Notes under the pieces: generated by a model
The model's database searches: none
What the model saw: only the letters and a program-made list of their open reading frames with translations
What the model was told of the DNA's origin: nothing
Origin: Fervidobacterium sp.
GTDB lineage: Bacteria > Thermotogota > Thermotogae > Thermotogales > Fervidobacteriaceae
Assembly (NCBI GenBank): GCA_049970055.1
Contig: JBMFNR010000006.1
Coordinates: forward strand, 1 to 37,649
DNA: 37,649 nucleotides
Direction: 5' to 3'
Made by a program: the position numbers and the translations under genes
Part shown: piece by piece, positions 1 to 9,336 of the stretch
Layout: each line of letters opens with the position of its first letter
Position numbering within the stretch: position 1 is the first letter of the stretch

Positions 1-1425
1 TCAAACCAACACAGCCGTAGTAGAGGCAGAGATACAACTCACAGGATTTCTTTATAGCAAAGGGGCAAGTCAGGTATTGTCCGCCAGATGGGACATGCAA
101 AGAGGAAAAGGGATAGATGATTACCTGACCCAAGAACCAAATCCATCATACGCACTCCAAAACCTTATAACAAACGCACAAGATACCATCTCTCTATGCA
201 GAGCGACACAAAGAATGCAAGACGTAGATATAGCCAAAAATTTCTTTCTAAGAGTGTTAGAACTCCAACCAAGCAAAAGTGATGCAAGCTTGGAGAATTT
301 ATCAGTCATTTTAGAGAGGGATATAAAGAGTAAGATAGTAAGAAGTGGGATAAAGACAGCAAGAACAGAGGTAGAAGAACGACTCATAGAAAAGTATAAA
401 GAACAAATAAAGGAAGTCTTTGGAGTAGAAAATATCCAAGTTCCCAATGATTTTCTATGGGAAGGGGGATTTCTAAAAACCAAAAAAGGAAAGATGATAA
501 CGGAGTTCTTTATCGTGAAATCAATCATAGAAAGTATAGACAAATTAGAAGGGTTCAGGATAAAAACAATAACAGGGAAAGAATTTATATACGAGAGAAA
601 TGAGAGGGACATTAAACAGCTATTCATAAGCCACGGAGTATTGGTAGGAGATATCACACTCCCACTCGTATCCGAATATATAAAAGAATATACATATCTA
701 AACAAAGCAAACATAGAAATAGAGAAAATAGCAAAACAAATAGGCTGGTATGAAGACAAAGATGGAAACCTTTTCTATATAGCACCTCAAACCACGAATA
801 AATATATCTTTGATCCATCTCTACAAAGCTATACTGCATCTGGAGACAAAGAAAAAGAGAAGGAGACAGTGATAAAGATATTATCCAATGGAAGCATTCT
901 CGGGATAGGCTATCTTGGGGCAGTTGCAAGTCTTCTGGTAAAACCACTGGAGAAAGTAGGGGCGAAAAGCTTTGCAGTATTTTTAGAAGGAACAGCAGGG
1001 GCAGGAAAAACGACAACGGCGAAGTTTGGATTATCCCTCTTTGGAAATCCATCAGAACTCCTGACCAATATGAACACCACCAGCACAGGGGCAGAAATCC
1101 TTTTTGCAAGTAGAAAAGACTCATTGGTATTATTAGACGAAATCAACACAGCGGGATACCACCATATCTCAGAACAACTTGTCAAGCTTATTTACGACTT
1201 TGACAGTGGGAAAGGGCGGTCAAGATCAACAATCAAACTTGACCTGAGAAAACATCATACATATAGGGGAGTGGTTTTCTTTACATCAGAGACCAGTTTT
1301 ATGAACCTTCTTAATAAGATAGATAAAACAGTTATGGGGGCATACAGGCGAAGTGTTATAGTGAATTATTCAGACAAAAAGATAGATGAAAACGATATAG
1401 AGACAATTTAATGTGGAAAGTAAAT
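1..1425. mobile_element. Right edge of an integrated phage/plasmid-like element remnant
   Basis: Carries a replication primase-helicase gene with strongly A/purine-rich codon usage that differs visibly from the downstream genes. The ORF ends abruptly next to the terminator of the convergent host gene. Confidence 0.5.
2..1411 (+). CDS. Phage/plasmid-type primase-helicase (Toprim/DUF3854-like C-terminal part plus DUF927-like SF3/AAA+ helicase); 5' end outside the window, probably 3'-truncated
   Basis: The frame is open from position 2 (QTNTAVVEAEIQL...). It has a KGIDDYL Toprim-like motif, the IGW motif typical of DUF927, Walker A GTAGAGKTT, Walker B LVLLDE, G-x-GRSR and FFTSE. It stops about 20 aa after the putative Arg finger (GAYRR). 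Confidence 0.75.
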   Translation, partial: QTNTAVVEAEIQLTGFLYSKGASQVLSARWDMQRGKGIDDYLTQEPNPSYALQNLITNAQDTISLCRATQRMQDVDIAKNFFLRVLELQPSKSDASLENLSVILERDIKSKIVRSGIKTARTEVEERLIEKYKEQIKEVFGVENIQVPNDFLWEGGFLKTKKGKMITEFFIVKSIIESIDKLEGFRIKTITGKEFIYERNERDIKQLFISHGVLVGDITLPLVSEYIKEYTYLNKANIEIEKIAKQIGWYEDKDGNLFYIAPQTTNKYIFDPSLQSYTASGDKEKEKETVIKILSNGSILGIGYLGAVASLLVKPLEKVGAKSFAVFLEGTAGAGKTTTAKFGLSLFGNPSELLTNMNTTSTGAEILFASRKDSLVLLDEINTAGYHHISEQLVKLIYDFDSGKGRSRSTIKLDLRKHHTYRGVVFFTSETSFMNLLNKIDKTVMGAYRRSVIVNYSDKKIDENDIETI

Positions 1426-1430
1426 CAAAC

Positions 1431-1470
1431 AAAAGCGGGCTTCTAAGCCCGCCTTTTATTTTTTTATTTT
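1431..1470. terminator. Intrinsic terminator, probably bidirectional
   Basis: GCGGGCTT-CT-AAGCCCGC hairpin (1435-1452) flanked by an A tract and a long T tract, between convergent genes. Confidence 0.8.
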
Positions 1471-1475
1471 TATCC

Positions 1476-1688
1476 TTACTTACTGCTATTTCTTAGCTTT
1501 TTGAATTCTTCATGTTCTTTGTTCAGCTCATCAATTAAATCTTTCACTGTCCAAGTTAAGCTCGTTGACGTTGTGCTTGCAAATATGATGTCTTCACCTG
1601 GAAATGACTCTTTGATAATTCGCATCACTTTTAGAATATCTGGTTTTCCAAAGTTATGCAGTAAAACAATCTTTCTTTGCTCATCCAT
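1476..1688 (-). CDS. DUF3783-like small protein
   Basis: 70 aa with the pattern IFASTTSTSLTWTVKDLIDELNKEHE typical of this family, preceded by an AAGGGGG RBS. Confidence 0.75.
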   Translation of the reverse strand: MDEQRKIVLLHNFGKPDILKVMRIIKESFPGEDIIFASTTSTSLTWTVKDLIDELNKEHEEFKKLRNSSK

Positions 1689-1877
1689 AAATTTTCCCCC
1701 TTACGTTTAAATATGTCCTTAGTTTTCGCTAATAAACCAACCAATGATGATAAATTAAGTGTAAGTCAAGTGTAGGTGAATATATAAAATTAAGCAAAGT
1801 CATAAATGGAGTACTCATTGTGTACTAAGTTTAAAATAATTTTTAGTGCAATTTTATCACATTCATAATTATAAGTC

Positions 1878-1909
1878 AATTTGCAATTCTTGAGCAAATT
1901 TGTTATAAT
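1878..1909 (+). promoter_or_regulatory. Sigma70-type promoter of the GT2 operon, with an overlapping inverted repeat
   Basis: TTGCAA (1881-1886), 17-nt spacer, TG-n-TATAAT (1904-1909). AATTTGC-N9-GCAAATT (1878-1900) overlaps the -35 element. Confidence 0.65.
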
Positions 1910-1946
1910 ATTTTTAACGTTACTGCGTTTAAAAGGAGAAGAAAAT

Positions 1947-3053
1947 ATGAATGCAAAGTCTATACTACACTTCGTCGTTATAACCTCGTCTTTAATTATT
2001 TCACTAATCTATTATGTTTTTTCAAAGCGTCGTTTTTTACGTAGAAGTTCAAAAGAATACGATCATGACTATTTTGACGAAAAGATTTCAGTAATTATAC
2101 CTGCGCGAAATGAAGAGGAAAATATAAAAAAAATTCTTTCATTGCTGGTTTTGCAGAGATTAAAACCTCACGAAATTATAGTCGTAGATGATAACTCAAC
2201 GGATGAAACGTATTCAATTGCAGCTTCCTTTGATGATGTAAGAGTGATAAAATTAACAGATGACCTTCCAAATGGCTGGGTTGGAAAGTCTTGGGCGATC
2301 TGGAATGGGTATTTACATTCAACAGGAGATATACTTATATTTTTTGATGCAGACGTCGAACCGTCTAACGTTGCCATCAATGAATTAATTAAAGTACACA
2401 AAAAGTACGGTGGCTTAATTTCAGTTTGGCCATACCAAAGATTTGAAAGGTTTTATGAACATCTGAACTTAACTTTTAACCTGCTCATAGTCTATGCAAG
2501 CAGCATGTTTGGCTTTCCATACAAGCAGCCATCGGGTGCATTTGGACCGGTGATCCTTACCTCTCGAGAGGATTATGAAAAAACAGGCGGACACAAAGCA
2601 ATAAAAGATTCCGTTCTGGAAGATATCAAACTGGGAAAATTATACGCTAAAAATGGTATTCGAATCACCAATTTGCTCGGTGGTGAAATTATAAAAATTA
2701 GGATGTATCCGAATGGTTTGAAAAGTCTTTTCTTCGGATTTTCCAAAAATATATCTTCCGGTGCTATAAGTGGTGGATTTACTAGTTTTTTAATCGCACT
2801 TATCTGGATGTCTGGATTTTACACCTCTTTTTCTTCACTGAACCTCCCGATAGGGTATGTCTTTTTAAAGTATCTAGTTTTTGCAATAAATGTTTTTGTC
2901 CTTGCTAAGTCGTTGGGAGATTACAAATGGTATGATGCACTTTTTTACCCGCTACATTTTTTGTTTTTCTTAGTTGTTTTTCTTTATTCTCTCTACAGAA
3001 CCGTCTTTTTGAAAAACGTTACTTGGAAGGGTAGAAAAATTGAGATAAGTTAG
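1947..3053 (+). CDS. Family 2 glycosyltransferase, carotenoid/lipid glycosyltransferase type (CruC/CrtQ/HpnB-like)
   Basis: Motifs ISVIIPARNEE, VVDDNSTD, GWVGKSWA, FFDAD, LEDIKLG and RMY...GFSKN, with N- and C-terminal TM segments. ATG at 1947 follows an AAGGAG RBS. Confidence 0.85.
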   Translation: MNAKSILHFVVITSSLIISLIYYVFSKRRFLRRSSKEYDHDYFDEKISVIIPARNEEENIKKILSLLVLQRLKPHEIIVVDDNSTDETYSIAASFDDVRVIKLTDDLPNGWVGKSWAIWNGYLHSTGDILIFFDADVEPSNVAINELIKVHKKYGGLISVWPYQRFERFYEHLNLTFNLLIVYASSMFGFPYKQPSGAFGPVILTSREDYEKTGGHKAIKDSVLEDIKLGKLYAKNGIRITNLLGGEIIKIRMYPNGLKSLFFGFSKNISSGAISGGFTSFLIALIWMSGFYTSFSSLNLPIGYVFLKYLVFAINVFVLAKSLGDYKWYDALFYPLHFLFFLVVFLYSLYRTVFLKNVTWKGRKIEIS

Positions 3054-3086
3054 TTTATGTAAAGAGAAGAAGGGGGAGGAATAAAG

Positions 3087-3719
3087 TTGGAATTTGAAAT
3101 CGTAAAATTTTTGCTTATACCGCTTCAATTCTTATCTGGATCTGTTATGTATTCGTACATACTTGCAAAAATTGCAGCTGTTGATTTAAGGAATGTGCGA
3201 GACGGTAATCCGGGTTCAAGCAATCTGTGGCGTGTAAAAGGTTGGAAATGGGGATTTACTTCGTTAGCTCTGGATTATTTTAAAGGTGTATATCCCCTTG
3301 CATTTTTTGTTTGGCATAAGGATATAGCAACAAATCCTTTTATAATTGCAACTGCGGCACTATCTGGAATTTTGGGTCATGCTTTTTCACCATTTCTAAA
3401 ATTTAAAGGTGGAAAAGCAATAGCTACAACATTCGGAGCTTGGTCGGTATTAACTCGTTGGGAAGCCCCCATGCTCTTGGGCACAGTATTTACTATATTT
3501 TCTATTTATAATAAGCTTAGGAGGATTAAAGAAACTACCCCAGAAGATGATGCAGTTAGAGTCCTTTTTGGATTTGCTGTGCTTTTTGTCTACACTCTTT
3601 GGAAAGCATTCAATGGAAGATTAGAGCTGTTGATTCTCTACTTTGGTAATCTTGCAGTAGTTCTTTATAAACATAAAAGAGAGCTAATAAATATAACTCA
3701 AAGGAGGTACGCAGAATGA
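3087..3719 (+). CDS. PlsY-family membrane acyltransferase (paralogue type)
   Basis: Motifs DGNPGSSNLWR, LDYFKG, GHAFSPFLKFKGGKAIAT and YKH; multi-TM; GGAGG RBS before a TTG start. Confidence 0.85.
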   Translation: MEFEIVKFLLIPLQFLSGSVMYSYILAKIAAVDLRNVRDGNPGSSNLWRVKGWKWGFTSLALDYFKGVYPLAFFVWHKDIATNPFIIATAALSGILGHAFSPFLKFKGGKAIATTFGAWSVLTRWEAPMLLGTVFTIFSIYNKLRRIKETTPEDDAVRVLFGFAVLFVYTLWKAFNGRLELLILYFGNLAVVLYKHKRELINITQRRYAE

Positions 3720-4690
3720 TAAAGAACCAATGGTATATAGTACTATCCTCAAAAGAATTAAGAAAGGGCCAGCTTATAGGAGTTACACGTTTAGGACAAA
3801 AACTTGCTTTTTGGAGAGATATGGAGGGGAAAGTTCACTGCATATCTGACATCTGCTGTCATCGTGGGGCATTAATTTCCCATGGTAAGGTATTGAATGA
3901 CGGTGAAAGAGTTATGTGTCCATTCCATGGTTTTGAGTACGATGATACAGGTAGAGTGCGGGTAATTCCAGCGAATGGAAGAAATAACCCCGTCCCCGAA
4001 AATTTCAAAGTAAAGTCTTATCACACGTATGAAACTGCTGATTTCATATGGATATGGTACGGTGATAATGAACCAACATACACACCGAGATATTTTGATG
4101 ACATTACTCCAGACTTGTCTTTTAGTGAGCTCAAGGAAGTGTGGAACGTACACTACTCAAGAGCCATAGAAAATCAGCTTGACCCAGCGCATGTTCCGTT
4201 TGTTCATTACAACACAATTGGTAGAGGAAACCGAACAGTAGTAGATGGACCGGTTATCAAATGGATAGATGATGTCATGTTCTATTTTTATGTTTTTAAT
4301 AGAATGGATGATGGTACAAGAGCAAAGACACCTGAAGAGATAGATGAAAATCAAAAAAGTCAGGTTTACCTTGAATTTAAATTTCCGAATATGTGGCAAA
4401 ATCATATTGACGATAAGTTGAGAGTAACTGCCGCCTTCGTTCCGATTGATGAAGAACATACAATGCTGTACCTAAGATTTTATGTAGGATTTACTAAGAT
4501 CAAAATACTGGATAAGTTAATATCCATTATGGGGATGCCTTTCAACAGAAAAGTGCTTCATCAAGATAAGAGGGTTGTCGAAACACAAATCCCAAAGAAA
4601 AGTGAATTAAATATTGGGGAAAACCTCATTCGTGGGGATGCTCCAATTCTTGAATACAGAAAAAAGAGAGAAGCGTTAAAAAAGTCGTAG
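3716..4690 (+). CDS. Rieske non-heme iron oxygenase, alpha subunit (VanA/KshA/PaO-like)
   Basis: Rieske ligands CCHRG...CPFHG, mononuclear iron motif ENQLDPAHVPFVH, distal Asp in QDKRVVETQ. Confidence 0.9.
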   Translation: MIKNQWYIVLSSKELRKGQLIGVTRLGQKLAFWRDMEGKVHCISDICCHRGALISHGKVLNDGERVMCPFHGFEYDDTGRVRVIPANGRNNPVPENFKVKSYHTYETADFIWIWYGDNEPTYTPRYFDDITPDLSFSELKEVWNVHYSRAIENQLDPAHVPFVHYNTIGRGNRTVVDGPVIKWIDDVMFYFYVFNRMDDGTRAKTPEEIDENQKSQVYLEFKFPNMWQNHIDDKLRVTAAFVPIDEEHTMLYLRFYVGFTKIKILDKLISIMGMPFNRKVLHQDKRVVETQIPKKSELNIGENLIRGDAPILEYRKKREALKKS

Positions 4691-4700
4691 AGGTGAAATA

Positions 4701-5147
4701 ATGCAAGGAGAATACAAAATTCACAATCTTGAGCAGATTATAGTACTTTGGAGCAAGACATACAATACGGAAGGTAAACCTGATTGGTCACATTTAATTC
4801 CGTATTATGCGGATGATATTGTTTTCAGAGATTCTATTCAAGAAATTCATGGAATTACTGAATTTAAAGCCATGGTAGAGCGTTTGACTAAAAGATCGAA
4901 AGAACTTAAGATGAAAATTGTCAACGGTGTAAAAGAAGGAAATTTAATCTTTGTCGAGTGGGAAATGACGATATTATTCAGAAAAACTAAAACATCTGTG
5001 CTCTATGGTGTAAGCAAGCTTATCTTAAATGAAGAAGGCAAAATTGCTTTTCAACGTGATTACTACGATCTTTGGGGGGATATCTTTGATAATATTCCTG
5101 GTTTTAACAAACTTTATCGTAAGCTTATGAAGAGGATGTTTGGCTGA
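4701..5147 (+). CDS. NTF2-like/SnoaL-like protein
   Basis: 148 aa with YADDIVFRD...IHG and GKIAFQRDYYD, typical of the SnoaL/NTF2 fold. Confidence 0.85.
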   Translation: MQGEYKIHNLEQIIVLWSKTYNTEGKPDWSHLIPYYADDIVFRDSIQEIHGITEFKAMVERLTKRSKELKMKIVNGVKEGNLIFVEWEMTILFRKTKTSVLYGVSKLILNEEGKIAFQRDYYDLWGDIFDNIPGFNKLYRKLMKRMFG

Positions 5148-6142
5148 TGGGTAGGGAGATTTTAAAATACTGGCCAAAGTATAAATGGTCGAATGTTTTC
5201 GAAATGTTAAAGAACATGAAAGAAGTTCCAAAACAATGCATAAAGAGGTGCGATGGAAAAACCGTGGTTATAACGGGTGCAACTTCTGGTATAGGCTATT
5301 ACACCGCAAAAAAATACGCATCTATGGGGGCAAATTTAATTACTATAAACAGAAATTTGGAAAGGTCCGAGCGTTTGAAGTTAGAAATAAAAAAAGATTA
5401 TGGTTTAGATATAACATTTTTCATCGCTGATTTGTCAAAAATTACTGACATTTATAAAGTTAGTGACTTTCTTTCAAATCTAGCAACGCCAATAGATGTC
5501 TTAATACACAACGCTGGTGTATACTTGACCAAACGAACAACTACCGAAGATGGGCTAGAGGCAAACTTTGTTGTGCATTATCTTGCACCCTTCATTATAA
5601 ATTACAAACTTCTTGAAAAATTCAAGAAGGATAAAAAAGGTAGAATAATACTTGTAAGTTCAGAAGGATACAGATTTGCTGTCTGGGGGTTGAGATTTGA
5701 TGACCTGCAGCTTGAAAAAAGACGTTACACTGGTTTAAAAGCTTACGGTTCAGCAAAACTCGCGCAGATTTTGACAATGCATATATATTCCCAGATACTG
5801 AAAGATTATGGTGTTACAGTAAACGCTATGCACCCGGGAATGGTGATTACTAACACCGGGAAGGAGAACGGAAGTTTGTATAAATGGTTCAAGAAGCATT
5901 TCATAGATAGTATCTCTCAGACTCCTGAAGTGTCAGCAGAAGCACTTTATTACTTGGGCGTTTCTGACGAGGTAGATGGAATTACAGATAAATTCTTTCA
6001 CCTAACGAAAATCGAAGAACTCAACCCACCAGCAAAGGATCTCGAAGCCGCTAAAAAACTGTGGGATATAACTATTGAAATGATGGCTTCTTTTGAAAAA
6101 TTTCATACTTTTTCTGATAGGAGAGATGCATATGCACGCTGA
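5147..6142 (+). CDS. Short-chain dehydrogenase/reductase (retinol-dehydrogenase-like subfamily)
   Basis: TGATSGIG, HNAG, VSS, YGSAK (YxxxK), HPG and the C-terminal AKKLWD motif. Confidence 0.88.
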   Translation: MGREILKYWPKYKWSNVFEMLKNMKEVPKQCIKRCDGKTVVITGATSGIGYYTAKKYASMGANLITINRNLERSERLKLEIKKDYGLDITFFIADLSKITDIYKVSDFLSNLATPIDVLIHNAGVYLTKRTTTEDGLEANFVVHYLAPFIINYKLLEKFKKDKKGRIILVSSEGYRFAVWGLRFDDLQLEKRRYTGLKAYGSAKLAQILTMHIYSQILKDYGVTVNAMHPGMVITNTGKENGSLYKWFKKHFIDSISQTPEVSAEALYYLGVSDEVDGITDKFFHLTKIEELNPPAKDLEAAKKLWDITIEMMASFEKFHTFSDRRDAYAR

Positions 6143-7712
6143 AGTTATCGTTGTTGGTGGTGGAATATCAGGTTTGACAGCAGCACTTACGCTTGCTCAT
6201 AAAGGGATAGATGTTTTGCTAATCGAGAGAAATAATTACTTTGGTGGATTGATGAACTCCTTCGTTAGAGAAGGTTTTCGCTTTGACGGAGGAGCAAGGG
6301 CTATTGTAAATTCAGGACTTGTAAAGCCTTTAGTGGAAGAGTTTAACATTGATATCGAATTTTTACCAAATCCAATTTCGATTGTAATAGAAAATGAAAT
6401 GTTGATGATTAGTGGTGAAAAGAGTATAGAAGATTACGAGAAAATTTTGAAGAAACTTTTCCCTAAAAATTCTCAGGATGTTGAAAAAATAATATCGGCT
6501 ATAAGAGCTATGATAGAGGATATGAAAACTCTTTACGGAGTTGACAATCCTCTGTTTGAGAAAGGTAAAAAAAGAACAATTAAAATGTTTCCACATTTTG
6601 TTGTTTGGATGTTTAAATTACTTAGAACGTTGCACAGAATGAGCAAGTTGAATGAACCCTTCGAATCTTACATGAAGAGGTTGACTTCGAATCAGTCTTT
6701 GATAGACGTTATTACACAACACTTTTTTAAAGGAACACCTACATTTTTTGCGTTAAGCTATTTTGCACTTTTTAATGATTATATTTACCCCAAAGGTGGT
6801 GTTGGAAACCTTACGAAGAGAATTGCACAGAAGATCCAGGAATTTGGTGGCAAAGCAATTCTAAATACGGAGATAGTGAACGTTGATATAGGTAGTAAAA
6901 CCTTGACAGACACAAAAGGTAGCGAATACATTTACGAAAAACTCATATGGGCTGCAGATTTAAAACAGTTCTACAAAATAGCAACAAATATTCCAGAACA
7001 ATTTGAAAGTAAGTTTTTCAAAGAAAAAGAGAAAATATTGAAAGCTAAGGGCGCGGAATCAGTCTTTTCACTTTTCTTGGCACTTGATATACCTCCTGAG
7101 CACTTTACGAAGCACATTACAGGACATATTTTTTACACACCCATGAAAGATGGACTCGGTGAGCTGCATCGTTCTGAATTAAAACACATCTTGGAAAACT
7201 GGTCGAATTTATCGAAAGATGAAATCTATAGTTGGCTTGAAAAGTATTGTATGTACAATACGTTCGAAATATCGATACCTGTATTGAGAGAGAAAGATGC
7301 CGCTCCTGATGGAAAAACAGGAATGATTGTAAGTATGCTTTTTGACTACGAATTTACCAAAAAAGTTTACGATAATGGTTGGTATGATGAATTTAAAGAA
7401 ACTTTTAGTAATTACATTATTGATACACTTTCAAAAGGTTTATTCAAAGGTATTAAGGAGAACATCATTTTCAAATTCAGTGCAACACCAATGACAATAT
7501 ACAATGCAGTCAAAAGTTCAGAAGGAGCCATAGTTGGTTGGTCTTTTGAAAATGAAATTCCAGTAAATGTGAGTATGTTGAATATGAAAAACGCTGTAAA
7601 AACCTCTATACCTAATGTTTTCAAAGCCGGGCAATGGTCTTTTAGTCCGGCTGGTGGGCCAACAGCAATAATGACAGGTCGCATGGCAGCATATGAGTGC
7701 CTTAGAAGGTGA
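6132..7712 (+). CDS. Phytoene desaturase/CrtISO/retinol-saturase-family FAD oxidoreductase (copy A)
   Basis: VVGGGISGL Rossmann motif, E-R-N...GG...F-D-G-G, YPKGG, ATP-x-T and GQW...GG..AIMTG. ATG at 6132 follows GGAGAG. Confidence 0.85.
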   Translation: MHAEVIVVGGGISGLTAALTLAHKGIDVLLIERNNYFGGLMNSFVREGFRFDGGARAIVNSGLVKPLVEEFNIDIEFLPNPISIVIENEMLMISGEKSIEDYEKILKKLFPKNSQDVEKIISAIRAMIEDMKTLYGVDNPLFEKGKKRTIKMFPHFVVWMFKLLRTLHRMSKLNEPFESYMKRLTSNQSLIDVITQHFFKGTPTFFALSYFALFNDYIYPKGGVGNLTKRIAQKIQEFGGKAILNTEIVNVDIGSKTLTDTKGSEYIYEKLIWAADLKQFYKIATNIPEQFESKFFKEKEKILKAKGAESVFSLFLALDIPPEHFTKHITGHIFYTPMKDGLGELHRSELKHILENWSNLSKDEIYSWLEKYCMYNTFEISIPVLREKDAAPDGKTGMIVSMLFDYEFTKKVYDNGWYDEFKETFSNYIIDTLSKGLFKGIKENIIFKFSATPMTIYNAVKSSEGAIVGWSFENEIPVNVSMLNMKNAVKTSIPNVFKAGQWSFSPAGGPTAIMTGRMAAYECLRR

Positions 7713-9251
7713 TAATATTGTCAAGAGTTTTAATTGTAGGTGGAGGTATATCTGGATTAACCGCAAGTGTCTATGCGTTAATCAAAGGGCATGAAGTTAC
7801 GTTGCTTGAAAAGAACAATCAATGTGGCGGATTAGTAAATTCCTTTGAAAGGGCAGGATTTATCTTCGATGGAGGTGTACCATCGCTCTTAGATTCTGGG
7901 ATTATTAAGCCTATGCTAAGAGAAATTGGTGTTAACATCGATTTTATCAAAAGTAAAGTCTCAGTTGGTTTAGAAGACAAGATAATTCATGTGGAAAGTT
8001 TCGAAAATTTGGAAGACTATGCGCAAATGCTCAAATTAATCTACCCGGAGAATTCGACGGAAATAGATGCATTTATGTTGGATGTTCGTAAGGTAATGAA
8101 GGTTATATCTGCTCTTTACGCTTTGGATAATCCTTTGTTTGTTGATATAAAAAGAAAGATAAAAAATTATTTACCGTGGTTATTCAAACTTCCTAAAGTA
8201 CTGATGGCTATAAACCGACTCAGAATGCCTATTGAAAGGCACATAGAAGGTATAATTAGTAACCGTTCTTTAAGAGATGTGATAACCCAGCATTTTTTCA
8301 AGGGAACTCCATCATTCTTTGCCCTCGGTTACTTTTTTTGCTTATACTGACTATATTTATCCAGCGAATGGAATAGGTGAATTTTCGAAAAAAATGGAAG
8401 AAAAAATAAAAGAACTTGGTGGAGAAATAAAATTAAATACGAAAGTAGAAAGCTTAGACATTAAGAATCACATCGCTTACGACACAAATAAGAATAAATA
8501 TTATTACGATAAACTCATTTGGGCATCTGACTTGAAGAGTCTATACAAAATTAGTTACAATGTCCCAGAAAATAGAGAGTTTACAAAAGAAAAAGAACGT
8601 ATCCTCAAAGCTAAACCATCTGAATCTGTTGTAAAAATTTATATCGCAGTTGACTACCCTCCTGAATATTTCCAAAATATATCACATGGACATTTGTTTT
8701 ATACGCCAAGTAGGGATGGTATAGGTGAAATAAACAAATCCGAGCTTGAAAACATAAAAGTTGACATGAATAGGAAACAAATTCAACAATGGTTATCAAG
8801 ATTTTGCAAATACAACTCATACGAAATCTCGATACCTGCTCTAAGAAATCCGCAACTTGCACCGGATCGAAAAACGGGAATAATCGTAAATTTCTTTTTT
8901 GACTATGAACTCACGAAGAAAATTTATGAACATGGCTGGTACGAAGGATTCAAAGAACAACTTACGAATGAGGTTATTGAAGTATTAAGTCAAACAATTT
9001 ATCCGCGATTAAGAGAAAAGGTACTATTTAAATTCTCCTCCACGCCTTTGACAATACAAAAATACATAAATTCATCAGATGGCGCTATTGTTGGATGGGC
9101 ATTCGATCAAAAATTACCTTTTAAGAATAGTTTGATGAATTCTGTTTTGACAAACCTACCGGATATCTACAAAACTGGGCAATGGGTGTATAGCCCCGCC
9201 GGTGTACCAATGGCTATTCTAACAGGAAAGATAGCAGCACAAAAGATCTAA
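7709..9251 (+). pseudogene. Phytoene desaturase-family FAD oxidoreductase (copy B), split by a +1 frameshift
   Basis: ORFs 7709-8350 and 8319-9251 correspond to the N and C parts of copy A. Removing one T from the T7 run at 8333-8339 gives ALGYFFAYTDYIYP, colinear with ALSYFALFNDYIYP of copy A. The real start may be TTG at 7718. Confidence 0.85.
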
Positions 9252-9336
9252 AATCATTTTCAATAAAAAGAAAAATCGCGGTTCAAAAAGCCGCAAATTT
9301 TTTGTATTGCCATCCCAAAAATGTGATATGTAATTC

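Noticed and set aside
121..1185. Long minus-strand ORFs (121-759, 654-1124, 910-1185)
   Set aside because: Antisense shadows of the strongly A-biased helicase gene, with no motifs.
1406..1425. ATTTAATGTGGAAAGTAAAT resembles the 3' half of some type I-B CRISPR repeats or a dif-like site
   Set aside because: Single copy with no repeat-spacer periodicity and no cas genes in the window; poor match to XerC/XerD arms.
6132..9251. Calling these genes crtI or crtN
   Set aside because: Only family-level motifs are visible and there is no phytoene synthase in the cluster; the substrate is unknown.
9278..9303. Weak hairpin GCGGTT...AGCCGC after the desaturase B gene
   Set aside because: Short stem with the U tract offset by 3 nt; plausible terminator but too weak to list.
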